64,000 nt of DNA from Octopus vulgaris (GCA_951406725.2 OX597814.1:16678001-16742000), one strand, 5' to 3'; positions 29,408-42,206 are shown, counted from the first letter of the stretch. A program made the numbers and translations. The notes: a model not told the origin generated them from the letters alone.

Positions 29408-29644
29408 TCCCACATTTTGCGGTGCAGTTTAACCAAAACCGGGTATCTTATAGTCATGATGGTAAATTATTTTTAAAATTGTAGACTCATCGTAGACGCG
29501 CGCTAATACGCAGAAGGGCTCGATATGAATCATGACTATAAGATACCCGGTTTTGGTTAAACTGCACCGCAAAATGTGGGAGTAGTTAGGAATCTAAATC
29601 GTAGGAGACAGACACTCACACAACTTCACTTTTATATATAAAGA
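29408..29644 (-). mobile_element. Helitron-like 5' end fragment containing a perfect 53-bp inverted repeat
   Basis: The minus strand starts A|TCTTTATATATAAAAGTGAAGTTGTGTG.GTGTCTGTC, the same style as the 2151 Helitron start. IR arms are 29408-29460 and 29529-29581. Confidence 0.65.
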
Positions 29645-29994
29645 TTTACAGTTTCAGTTTATTCTTATATGATTTTGGAGGGGTGTTGCGTAGTAATGTA
29701 TATATGTGTTACTTGTAACCCAACTATTTTATAGTATTTGTGATTATTCGTGCTTTGTTATGGGTTCTGATAATAATTATTACTATTATCCCTTACATAA
29801 TCATCTTCTTTCAATTATCTCCCTTTCTTGCCGAGCACCTTCCTGACACCTCGGGCAGAGAAACGCACAGTATACATATGTAGGCCATTAAAATAATCAC
29901 ACCAGATTGTTCATTTACAAAATACTGTGATAGAAAAAGGAGAAGATAGAGAAAAAGGCAAAAAGAAAAGAAAGAGCAAAAAGTGAAAGAATAT

Positions 29995-30210
29995 TCACAG
30001 CGACAACGCTCTCCTCAATACGTGTGACGTATCAGTTAATACAATATTTTGCACCTTCTGCGTGGATGTTAATCCAGGGATCATTCTTAAATAATTTTCA
30101 GTTCATTTTTCATCATTCCAAGCGTTCCTACAACCACTGGTATTGTAACCGTCTTAAGATGCCATATCTTCTCCTATCTCTGTGTGGTATTATTAAATGC
30201 TTAATTTCGA
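29995..30210 (-). mobile_element. R4/Dong-clade LINE 3' end (RLE C-terminus)
   Basis: IWHLKTVTIPVVVGTLGMMK and (frameshift) MIPGLTSTQKVQNIVLTDTSHVLRRALSL*, homologous to the peptide at 61574-61795. Confidence 0.75.
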
Positions 30211-31029
30211 CGTTTGTCTTGTACTTGAGACAATCATAAACATTTGAGGGTTGGAGGAGATAGTTGGACCAAATTCTTATGGTCTGTAAATATGTTCAAG
30301 CTGATGGTGAGAAGGAGATTAACAATGAGGCTTTGCATTCCTGTGCGATCAGGGGACAAAAGAAGCGTCACACACTTGCAGTCAGCAGAGGTCAAAGTGT
30401 TTACTACTACTAACGATCAAGAAGAGCACTGACCGTTTCCTTAGAAAGAACCAATTCACCTTGTTCTGTTTTTAATTACCGATAGAAAACTAATAATATA
30501 TATACTGATGTTTACATCGTTGATCTTTTGTATTTTGGGATTTTCAAAAATAAAATTTCTTTTTATAGGTTTTGCTGTGGCTTACAGTTTTCGTAATTGT
30601 GCAGTTTGTATATATTGGCAGGTGCTTACCTCCTTAATATTTATCGTGCGTGTAATTTGTTGCAGTATAAGGTATGTTTACATATTCGAGTAGTCAGAGA
30701 GGAAAGAAGGATAGGTATTCACAGAAGTTGTAAATATCAAAGTTTTATAAAGTTTTTACAGATGATCGCTTGTGTATTCGTCCAGAGAAAATTGTAGATC
30801 TGTAAGTTTCTAACCATATTTTGGGGGAAATTTGAAAACACTCACAGGAGATTGTAGATGTTCCAATTTTTTAAAGTTATTTTTTCAGTTGTTCTGTTGG
30901 TTTGTGTCAGTGTTTCTGTGTCTTCGGCTACTGACTTGTCAGCGCAGCGAAGAACATGTCCAGCCACTGTCAAGGCTAGCGCATGCCGAGGTCGACTTTG
31001 CTTTACATCTTTTCGTAGGATTTTTTCTT

Positions 31030-32251
31030 TAGCTGGTATCCCAGGTACATTTTCCTGAGTACCAAGGTCAGGGGTATCATGCAGAAAACGAAAAGCAACG
31101 GAGACATGCTGTCACCATAAAAAAACCCTCTTCTGATTCCCAGGGTACCCAAGCTTTTTCCGTAAGTCAGTTCAGTCTTCCATCCCACCATAACTTGGCA
31201 GTATCAGCACTCAACTACCAGCATTGCTGAATAAGATCGGTGCAAGCGTGAAGGTAGAACATTTACAGAAATCAGTATTGCTTAGAATTCTTCACAGGGT
31301 TCTTGAAGCATAACCAGTAAACAAGTGCCCAGTCAATTTTGAGCGCAGCACCGCTTCAGTCTTCGGAGATACTCCATCCTCAATAGCTCTTTCATTTCGT
31401 TTTCCATTATCTCATTGCAGGTATTTGTATCCTTCCGTTTCAATTTGCTTAATCAAGTCTCTCTTCGGTAATTCTATCACTGCTAGGGGGTGTACCTTGC
31501 TTCTTTTTAGGTAGATTACTCCGCAATTCTTGATTCCAAATTCCTTTCTAATACAAGTACTAAGGAACTCACTTATGTCACGAGCAACTCACTTATGTCA
31601 CGAGGAACTCGCTTATGTCACATCTCTGCCATACAGTTTCAATTCATCCATGAAAAGGAAGTGGTTGATTGTTTGGGATTTTTCCTTTAGTTGGTATCCC
31701 AGGTTCATTTACCTGAGCACCAAGGTCAGGGATATCATGCAGAGAGCGAAAAACAACCGAGATATGCTGTCACCCTAAAAAATCCCTCATCTGATTCCCA
31801 GGGTACCCAAGCTTTTTCCGTAAGTCAGTTCAGTTTTTCATCCCACCATACTTCTCTTCAAGAAACACGTTACATTCCTCGCAATTCCAAATAGATCTAA
31901 GCACTCGATGATCCACGAATGTGAAATCATATCATAAGAATTGCGATAGTGAATCCATGCTATTCCCAAATTTTTTCTCCGTTTATAATCTTGCATTGCC
32001 ATTTTGCCTATTAATAGTTGATCTTTGGTACCTCCGCATCTTCTTCCTAAGCCTTTTTTTCTCCGGCGGTAACATGTCGTTCTCATCAAGAAATTTATAC
32101 AGTTCTTCTGCAATTCCTTCTGACAGTAACTTCCACATTAACGGGAGGCAGGATATTGGTCTGTAATTGTCAGCAACATTCCCCTTTGATGCATTCTTCA
32201 GACACAATACCGTTCGCCCTTTTGTCAACCAGCCCGGGATTTCATCTTCCC

Positions 32252-32253
<2 letters not shown>
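31030..32253 (-). mobile_element. R4/Dong-clade LINE RT region, rearranged and decayed
   Basis: [34 protein letters not shown]...GTKDQLLI...NLGIAWIHYRNSYDMISHSWIIECL...IRRGFFYGDSMSPLLFVFCMIPL. An internal duplication and an inverted 3' piece are present. Confidence 0.88.
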
Positions 32254-32327
<74 letters not shown>

Positions 32328-32412
32328 ATTATTATTATTATTATTATTATCATTATTATTATTATTGTTGTTGTTGTTGTTGCTGTTGCTGCTGTTGTTG
32401 TTTTTATTATTA
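32254..32412. repeat. (TTG)n/(TTA)n trinucleotide tract
   Basis: Read directly from the sequence. Confidence 0.96.
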
Positions 32413-32419
32413 TAAACCT

Positions 32420-33290
32420 CTTGAATTCACATTTAGCAGCTTAAAACAATAGGATTTTTTTCACTAGTCTGGGTAGCAGCAAGCCTTCTCAAATCTTAAG
32501 AATCTATTTTAATATTTTTGCAGAATGCAGGATGGCTCTTTTCGCCAGATCTACAATACGAGTCACAAGTCCAATACCTTTTAATCTTTTAGATAGCATT
32601 ATGGCTGTTGTGCCTGCTAATCCTCAATTTTCATTATTTCTTTGGCATCATCTATTTTGTCATGGGGAATTGCGATGTCTTACATCATTTTGCTCTCTGC
32701 AATCATATCTGGTTTTTTGCTTCAATTGCATGGTCACTCTTTATGGGTAAATCCCGTAAATCCAAATCACAGCCTCTGGTTTGCCTTCATACCACGTTCC
32801 TATTATTTCAAAGCCACACACTCGGCTAACCTCATTGTGCGCTCTTTTACCGACTGCATCATAGCAGCGCATATATTCTTATTTGTGCTCGCTTACTACA
32901 TTCGCTCAAGACGTAACTGATACTTTCCTGGCCTTTCCAGCAGGTTCTACATTTGCTCTCCGATTGAGTTTTATCGAACTTTGCCTTTTATCAGATTCTT
33001 CATAAGAGCTTCTTCCTGAGCGGCTACAATTATCCTTTCAACTGCTCGTTTCAGGTTGCTGTTCGTCAGCGAAAACCATCGTACTTCCAGAATCTTCGGT
33101 TTGTTGCATGAATTGACTATGTAACTTCCATTTCTTTGCATTTGCTTACTCTGCTGTTATTCTATCTGTTCTTGAATTTTACTGCTTTAGTAACTTTCTG
33201 GGTATATCTACCTGCTGATAGTAAACCATTCTTCGTTCTTCACAACATAAATTTTCAACCCCAATATCACAGTATTAACAGTGTCCTATG
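32420..33290 (-). mobile_element. Second R4/Dong LINE fragment (zinc knuckle and RLE C-terminus), decayed
   Basis: NLKRAVERIIVAAQEEALMKNLIK, DLPIKSDHAIEAK and KRLKGIGLVTRIVDLAKRAILHSAKILK, in R4/Dong C-terminal order. Confidence 0.72.
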
Positions 33291-35057
33291 TGTTTAGTAA
33301 TTCTCTGTCGATGCCCTGTATTAACCTGCAAATAGCTATGCGAAATCATTACACAAACACATGAGTGAATACGTCACATACAATTTGTACAGACGCACAA
33401 GTGCACTGACATATTCACACAGATATAATTATTTAGAGTCCGCTCTATCTATATGTCTCTCACACACACATGCAGAAAATGAAAATTTAGTAGCTTAGAA
33501 CAATAGAAAGAGATGGAGATAATGTACAGAAAAAAGAGAAAGAAAGAAAGAAAGAAAATAAGCGGACTGTGACAACAACAAGGACGGGAAGTAAGAAGAA
33601 ATGAGTAGGAGCGAAAAATAAAAAGACAATGTAATATAATAAATTCAGAAAGAATGGCGAGGAGAAAAAGAAAGAGAAGAAAGCATCGTGCAATTTAGTG
33701 ACTTCTGTCGACAGCTCTGAAAGAATGGCTTTGCTATTCTGGATATAAACTTCAAATTGTAGGAGATCTGAAGAATATTTCAGCCGTATGTCTAATACAT
33801 TGAGCGGATTACATTTCGCCGAGGGGGAAACTGGTCGCAGATATAAGAGTTATAAAGCGTGAGCGGTTGCTACTAGCTAACGCTCGGCACGAATGCAAGT
33901 AATCCATCAACCTCTACAATGGCTGTTTTCCTTGCGAATATATGAGACTTTTCCTTGTTTCAAACCTTTCTCTGTCTTTATTTTCTTCGTTTTCGAAGAT
34001 CTGTTTTCTGTTCTGTATACTTACTTCGCCTTCGTCCGACTTCGTCGTTCAGTCTGTCGGTCTATCGGTTTGTCTGTCGAACTGTCGGTTGTGTGTGTGT
34101 ATGCTTATCTACCTGCCTAAACACTACTCTAAAACCACGATCGAATTGTGTTAGCGTGATGGAAGATTTTCACACCTGTTTATTTTGGACTGATGCATTC
34201 GTATATTGAATCTACGTCAATATACATGTGTATACACAAACACATGTACATATATATCAATGCATACGTTTTCTCTTCATATACACATACACAGACACAT
34301 ACATACATACATACATACATACATACATAAACAGACGCATACAAACACACACACGTGTGTATGTATATATACATATACACCTCTGTGAATGTACGCGCAC
34401 GCGCATGAAGTGTCAGTTGCTTCCTTAGGAAGATATAGAACACCAGTGACAGACTGTCCAGCGACATGGCGATATCAGATTGACTCGTGAATCAAGCTGT
34501 AGGTTGGTTGGCCGCACGTCACAAGCACGCAACCCCTTCTGCCTCGTCCCAACAGTCATGCATTGAAATGAAAATCTCACATACACATGCACACATTCAG
34601 ACACATTGTCACTGATGTGCAGACACACACGCACGCATATGCAAACAAACAACGCTACACGCTTTTCTGATAAGCTTCGTCTCACAATCTCAGTTTTATG
34701 ACACCAATGATATTTTACATTGCGTTTCACATGATACCTACATGTAATTAGAAGGTTCCGTGCTGATCAGCGTGTTATTTATGATGTACAGACAACACAA
34801 GTATATTCCTATTTAGAAACACAGAGCCACTAATGTATATGTACATACATACGCATATATAGGCACGCTCGTACGCGCGCGCACACACACTCACACACAC
34901 ACACACTCACACATGCATACATAAACACACACACACACACAAACGCACAAATATAAATAGATATTGGCGCATATATGTACATATGCGTTTGTATGTGTGC
35001 ATACGCATTGGTACACAAACATACACACAAATACATATATACATACATATATACATT

Positions 35058-35270
<213 letters not shown>

Positions 35271-35896
35271 AGAATGTAAGCAAGATAGAGGAAGAAAGAT
35301 AGGATTTGATACACAAACGGAGGGATAGACAGTCAAATAGACAGATAGGCAGAAAGCAAAAAGGTAGATAGTTATAAGCATTCATGCATATGAACGTAAT
35401 TGTATACATCTATGTATTTTTCTTAGTATGAAAGCATTTGTGCGCGCGCGCTTGTGTGTGATAAGAAGCAAGTAGTGTAGTTGAACGATGAATGTGTGGG
35501 TAAGTACGCAGTGCGTGTGCGTACTACATTTTATTTGAGCCTTTATAGGCAGGTTGAGTGATATGAGGGTGTGGTAGGTACAATATGCATGTGATTATGT
35601 AATATATATAAGTGTTACCAGGACGAATAGTGCTTTTGAGTAACAGTATATATGTGTATGTATGCGTTTGTGTGTGTGTTTGTGCCTCCGTGTGCACATG
35701 TGTGCTTGTGCACGCATGCGTGCGTATGAGTTTGTAGATTCTCGTACACATGCTGCATTGTACATGCAGTGGTTTGCCTCTCTAATTTTTGCAATTAAAG
35801 GTTCTATTTTTACCCATTGCTCAATAACGTTCAGTTTTGTTCCAAAGTAAGATAATTATTCCTTGTCCATGAACGTTTCGTGATTCCATCTCCTGA

Positions 35897-36534
35897 GGCG
35901 GCAAGCTGGCAGAATCGTTAGCGCGTTGGACGAAAAGCTAAGCGGTATTTCTTCTGCCGCTACGTTCTGAGTTCAAATTCCGCCGAGGTCAACTTTGCCT
36001 TTCATCCTTTCGGGGTCGATTAAATAAGTACCAGTTACGCACTGGGGTCGATATAATCGACTTAATCGGTTTGTCTGTCCTTGTTTGTCCCCTCTGTGTT
36101 TAGCCCCTTGTGGGTAATAAAGAAATAGGTATTTCGTCCGTCGAACTGGCAGAAACGTTAGCACGCCGGGCGAAATGCGTAGCCGTATTTCGTCTGCCGC
36201 TACGTTCTGAGTTCAAATTCAGCCGAGGTCGACTTTGCTTTTCATCCCTTCGGGGGTCGATTAAATAAGTACCAGTTACGCACTGGGGTCGATATAATCG
36301 ACTTAATCGGTTTGTCTGTCCTTGTTTGTCCCCTCTGTGTTTAGCCTCTTGTGGGTAGTAAAGTAACAGGTATTTCGCCCATCGCAACGTTCTGAGTTCA
36401 AATTCCACCAGGTTCGACTTTGCTTTTCATCCTTTCGAGGTCGTTAAATTAAGTACCAGTGATACACTGGGGTCGATGTAATCGACCAGATCCTCCCCAC
36501 AAATTTCAAGCGTTGTGCCTATAGTAGAAAAGAA
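35897..36534 (+). mobile_element. SINE family C, three-unit composite
   Basis: Head plus long unit, partial head plus long unit, then a short-tail unit. Probable TSD attc(c/t)atctcc at 35883-35893 and 36535-36545. Confidence 0.88.
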
Positions 36535-36779
36535 ATTCTATCTCCAAATGTTACCCTGCTTTACAAAAACTGTAAATGATGTTATAAAGGATGAAACTGA
36601 AAAAATAGTCATTGCATGATTTGACATTGTTTAAAATCAATCACGTCTCGTTGTGCATTTAATTTATGATGTGTATGTGTGCTTATTTTTAGTTTATGTT
36701 TTGTCTTTAATATATTTTCCGTGGTTAAATACCCAACTTCTGGCTAGTATAAATAAATGTTTTTCTTTAGTTTTCATAT

Positions 36780-36944
36780 GGAGTGGCTGTGTGGTAAGTA
36801 GCTTGTTTACCAACCACATGGTTCTGGGTTCAATCCCACTGCGTGGCACCTTGGGCAAGTGTCTTCTGCTATAGCCCCGGGCCGACCAATGCCTTGTGAG
36901 TGGATTTGGTAGACGGAAACTGAAAGAAGCTTGTCGTATATATG

Positions 36945-36994
<50 letters not shown>

Positions 36995-37225
36995 TGTGTG
37001 TATATGTTTGTGTGTCTGTTCTTGTCCCCCTAGCATTGCTTGGCAACCGATGCTGGTATGTTTACGTCCCCGTCCCTTAGCGGTTCGGCAAAAAGAAACC
37101 GATAGAATAAGTACTGGGCTTACAAAGAATAAGTCCCGGGGTCGAGTTGCTCGACTAAAGGCGGTGCTCCAGCATGGCCGCAGTCAAATGACTGAAACAA
37201 GTGAAAGAGTGAAAGAGAAAGAGAG
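36780..37225 (+). mobile_element. SINE family B, near full length
   Basis: Same head, body and tail as the other family B copies. Confidence 0.9.
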
Positions 37226-37469
37226 AGATATGTTAATTATTGCAAATTATGCTGCAATGAATCTGTAAATTTATGGAAAATTAATGAATAATCTTCTGAA
37301 TCTGTGCCCAGGAAAATTGGATCATAAGTATTTCAACTTTTATAATTACATTGAAATTCGAGTATTAAATTGATTGTTGGAAGTATAAATAAATATGCAT
37401 ACATGCGCATATATAGATACTTTGAAGCATACATACATACATGTGTGTGTGTATGCGTGTGTGTATTAA

Positions 37470-38330
37470 GGGCGTAGAATTAGCCATTTTGAAGGAACCT
37501 TAATTCGAGGATATGCATAGAGTTTCAAGTAGTATTTTAAATAAAATACATGAAAATTAGGCATATATTACCGTCCCCGTACCCCTTGCTTACTCCCCAC
37601 CCGCAATTAAATACCTCAATTTTCTATATTGATCATATAATCTCTAACACATATATGCTAAATTGTTTATGGATATCAAACATTTGAGCCTATTTCACTG
37701 TAGATACCTTGTTTAAAACATTTGATGAGTAAAGATTGCAAAAACATTGTGATATAAGACAATTGGTAGGCAGGTATTCCTCGAACATGATAAAATTACA
37801 ACTTTCCAATATATGTCAAATGGAAATCATTTTTAGAAAATATTTGCATCTGTTAAAGGATCTTCTTTTGTTTTTCAGATTATTTCAGAGTTAAATTGTA
37901 TTATAATTTTACGAAAATGTCTACCTAAATTTAAACTGTAATAATTTAAATTAATATATAATGGCAACTAGAAGTAAAACCGTAAGCTAGGATTTGGATT
38001 TCCTGCAGAATTTTCTACAGCAATAACCCCAATAAGGGCTGATGTATTACGACATTATGCACAGGAAATGTGAAGGACAGATATCAAAACCTTCACCCAC
38101 AGCGAAAGAATGCTGCCGAAGTGGTGCTGAAGATGTACAAACAACACGGGATAAATTTTCTTTTCCTTACATTGGGTTTCAGAGAATAGCTCTCAAAAAT
38201 TGAAAGACAAATAGAATCTGTTTATAAATTCAACAAAATACCTATCAAGCAAAGAGATAGTTTTGATAAGAAATTAGAAGAGTTCAATGAATGACTAGCT
38301 GTTCTTTTCAGCGGACAGACAATTTTCGTT
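37470..38330 (+). mobile_element. Possible decayed DNA-transposon 5' fragment (unclassified)
   Basis: TTAA|GGG start. A disrupted ORF from 37961 reads MATRSKT..(frameshift)GFPAEFSTAITPIRADVLRHY, resembling from memory the N-termini of uncharacterised invertebrate transposases. No matching right end was found. Confidence 0.3.
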
Positions 38331-38552
38331 CGCCATCTTTTTTTTTTGTATCAAATTATGGAGCGTCTTAGCCCAAAACAAATTTTTAAATAGCTCCTAG
38401 GAGAACAGATGGAGAAGAATTAACCAGCTGCTTAAAATCCAGGTTAGTTTACCTAAGTAATGATAATAAATGTACAATATATAACAATGTTTAAACATAA
38501 CAATAAGTAACAACAAACTGGCGGTAGTGAAGTACAACATATATTAATAGAC

Positions 38553-38553
<1 letters not shown>

Positions 38554-38601
<48 letters not shown>

Positions 38602-38637
38602 TATTATTATTATAATAATAATAATAATAATAATAAT
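38554..38637. repeat. (AAT)n/(ATT)n tract with internal strand switch
   Basis: Read directly from the sequence. Confidence 0.95.
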
Positions 38638-40192
38638 ATAATGCCGGCAGTTTTGGAAGAGGTCTATATCACTGACCTCACTATTTGACTGGTACATTAT
38701 TTTACCAACCCTCGAGGGAGAAAAGCATATACACCGATATATAAGTTTGGAGGAAAAATGGGAGAGAAATAGTTGAAGACAACTACATATCTGATATGTC
38801 TGATAAGATTCCTACAGCATTTCAATGTCGAAATTGATATCATGTCTCTCTCTCCATACACGAGTGAGTTTCAAGAGAATGTGTACTGATTCTGAATGTG
38901 GATTGTTATTGCCAGCAGCACATTATAAAAGGTAAATAGAAATATAATTTTTTACAAAAATTGCAAAAATATTTGACGATGACAACATATTCGTCAGTCT
39001 AACCAGATATATTTCGTATATCTAGGAAATTAGATTGTTCTTTCCATTTGCAATACGTGACAAAAAAAGACAATGCACAGTTACGAAGACAGCTGCTATA
39101 TCATATGTTACATACATCATATTTACATGTACATATATATATGCTTACACACACAGACACACACATATATAACATATATATGTGTGTAAATTTGCATACA
39201 TGTCCACATGCGGAGATAGATGTGGATATGTCTGTGTGTGTGTGTGTGTATTTCCATGTATATGGGGAAGTAAGGAAACATATATGCTTGTGTGCCCGTC
39301 ATTTTGTATAAGTTTAAAGTATCTCTGAACGTTATATCCCTTATAATATGAATGCATTTGTGCGGTGTACCAAAATACATACACACACACACATACACTC
39401 CGCACTCTCTCTCTCCGCACTCATACGTACAAACACGCACAGAATACTTATAGAAACACACAGACCTTTTTACACAGCATGTGTGCATGTGTCTGTATGT
39501 TTGTAAGTATGAATGTATTAATTTGTACGTATATAAGAATGAATTTATATGGAACAGAATTAACTATAAAATATAGGTCAGTGATAAATTTTTGTGAAAA
39601 GATTAAGGACAATCGAATATGAGTGATGTCAATGGTTATGATAATCGATATCTGGGTCCCCCTTTATGTTTATTCTAAATGCTTGTTTGTAATGCATTCT
39701 TGTCCCTGCTGTTGCTTTTCAAGGTATGATAGATAATTAGGATGACAGTTTATTTGGGCGATTATTGTAGTCGATAGACCCCGAATTTTGTCCTGTTTAT
39801 GCAGAACTATTGCCACAGGTGTTTTTGTAATCCTCATGTTTTTCCATCAGACTGCGTATTTAATAGATTTTGCAACGTATTCAAAACGTAATGGCCGAAT
39901 TAAAATTGATGTTGTTGCTATTCCTAGCAGGTTGGCAGCTTTTGTGGGTGATATTATTAGTACTTCTGTTAAAGCGGCGAACGTTAATCAAACTGTTTCT
40001 TGGCATTTCCTCCATTTTTACATTCTCAGTTCAAATTCCGCAGAGGTGGAAGTTGCCTTTCATCTTTTCGAGGTCGATAAATTAATTACCATTGAAACAC
40101 TGGGGTATATGCAATCGACTAGTGCCCTTCCACAAAATTTCGGGCCTTGTACCTTTAGTGGAACGGATTATTATTATTTATGATACACGTGG

Positions 40193-40606
40193 ACTCTCTT
40201 ACTCTTTACTCTTTTACCTGTTTCAGTCATTTGACTACGGCCATGCTGGAGCACCGCCTTTAATCGAGAAACTCGACCCCGGGACTTATTCTTTTGTAAG
40301 CCCAGTACTTATCCTATCGGTCTGTTTTGCCGAACCGCTAAGTAACGGGGACATAAACACACCAGCATCGGTTGTCAAGCAATGCTAGGGGGACAAACAC
40401 AGACACACAAACACACACACACATATATATATAGACATATATACGACGGGCTTCTTTCAGTTTCCGTCTACCAAATCCACTCACAAGGCATTGGTCGGCC
40501 CGAGGCTATAGTAGAAGACACTTACCCAAGGTGCCACGCAGTGGGACTGAACCCGGAACCATGTGGTTGGTAAACAAGCTACTTACCACACTGCCACTCC
40601 TGCGCC
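40193..40606 (-). mobile_element. SINE family B, full length, young
   Basis: Complete head (...ccactcctgcgcc) through the tail tactctttactc. Confidence 0.92.
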
Positions 40607-40891
40607 TATGAAGTATGTTTTTTAAAGGGGGAGCAAAAATCAGATTTTAGTATTTTGGGGTGTTTTTCTCCTTTTTTTCTAAGGCTATGTTTAGTATGTG
40701 ATGTATAAGTATCTTCAAATGAAAAAAATCTGCCAGCTCGCTGCATTACATCCTACAAAAATCATTTCTACGTGAAGCACTGAAAATGTTGGGATGGAGC
40801 ATTGTTAACAGCTGTTTAAGATTGTTCAATTAGTGCGATGTGGGAGAAACAGAACACGTTATTGTATATTCCAGTCGTTATTGTATATTAA

Positions 40892-41487
40892 GGCGGCGAG
40901 CTGGCAGAAACGTTAGCACGCCGGGCGAAATGCTTAGCGGTATTTCGGCTACCGTTACGTTGTGAGTTCAAATTCCGCCGAGGTCGACTTTGTCTTTCAT
41001 CCTTTCGGGGTCGATAAATTAAGTACCATTACGCACTGGGGTCGATGTAATCGACTTAATACCTATGTCTGTCCTTGCTTGTCCCCTCTGTGTTTAGCCC
41101 CTTGTGGGTAATAAAGAAATAGGTATTTCGTCTGCGTTACGTTGTGAGTTCAAATTCCGCCGAGGTCGACTTTGCCTTTCATCCTTTCGGGGTCGATAAA
41201 TTAAGTACCATTACGCACTGGGGTCGATGTAATCGACTTAATACCTATGTCTGTCCTTGTTTGTCCCCTCTGTGTTTAGCCCCTTGTGGGTAATAAAGAA
41301 ATAGGTATTTCGTCTGCGTTACGTTGTGAGTTCAAATTCCGCCGAGGTCGACTTTGCCTTTCATCCTTTCGGGGTCGATAAATTAAGTACCATTACGCAC
41401 TGGGGTCGATGTAATCGACTTAATACCTATGTCTGTCCTTGTTTGTCCCCTCTGTGTTTAGCCCCTTGTGGGTAATAAAGAAATAGG
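40892..41487 (+). mobile_element. SINE family C: one head plus three tandem 182-183-bp units, 20-bp TSD
   Basis: Units are 40941-41123, 41124-41305 and 41306-41487. TSD tattgtatattccagtcgtt at 40860-40879 and 41488-41507. Confidence 0.95.
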
Positions 41488-41820
41488 TATTGTATATTCC
41501 AGTCGTTTGGATAAATTCGTGTGTAGGGGTGGGAAGGGAGAGAGAAAAAGAGAGAGCGAGAGAAATTGAAATGTTTATTCAGGAAAGAAACATTTGAAGG
41601 GAATGGATGAGGTATTATCAGTGTCGGATACTTGTTGGTTTAAAGTTAGCAAAAGTACTTTTCCATTTTGTGTATATTTTAATGAGAGATGTAAGTTGAA
41701 GAATTGAGATTTTCAAGAAATGTTAAACTTCGTAGAACGTTGTAGAGTTAAATTCAACTATGGAAGTTTTCTCTGATGGATCACTGCTTATTGGGCGATC
41801 ATAGTTGTGATGTCGCATGT

Positions 41821-42206
41821 GTGGAGGCACAATGGCCCAGTGGTTAGGGCAGCGGACTCGCGGTCATAGGATCGCTGTTTCGATTCCCAGACCGGGCGTT
41901 GTGAGTGTTTATTGAGCGAAAACACCTAAAGCCCCACGAGGCTCCGGCAGGGGATAGTGGTGATCCCTGCTGTACTCTTTCACCACAACTTTCTCTCACT
42001 CTTACTTCCTGTTTATGTTGTACCTGTATTTCAAAGGGCCGGCCTTGTCACTCTCTGTGTCACGCTGAATCTCCCCGAGAACTACGTTAAGGGTACACGT
42101 GTCTGTGGAGTGCTCAGCCACTTACACGTTAATTTCACTAGCAGGCTGTTCCGTTGATTCGGATCAACCGGAACCCTCGTCGTCGTAACCGACGGAGTGC
42201 TTCTAA
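41821..42206 (+). mobile_element. SINE family A2, full length
   Basis: Reverse complement of 26137-26519. Near-TSD gatgt(c/g)gcatgt at 41809-41820 and 42207-42218. Confidence 0.92.

Noticed and set aside
30250-30850. Possible Jockey-like LINE remnant (KLYKTLI on the minus strand)
   Set aside because: A single short motif is too little evidence.
39788-40183. 131-aa ORF
   Set aside because: The 3' half is read-through of an old family C SINE, and no domain is recognisable.
40941-41487. Regularly spaced repeats suggestive of a CRISPR array
   Set aside because: The units are contiguous 182-bp SINE bodies with no unique spacers, no cas genes and a eukaryotic context.
41823-41895. tRNA-like sequences (also at 7647, 13936, 26450, 44533 and 48248)
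   Set aside because: They have A/B boxes but no complete cloverleaf or acceptor stem, and they continue into SINE bodies with TSDs. They are SINE heads, not tRNA genes.
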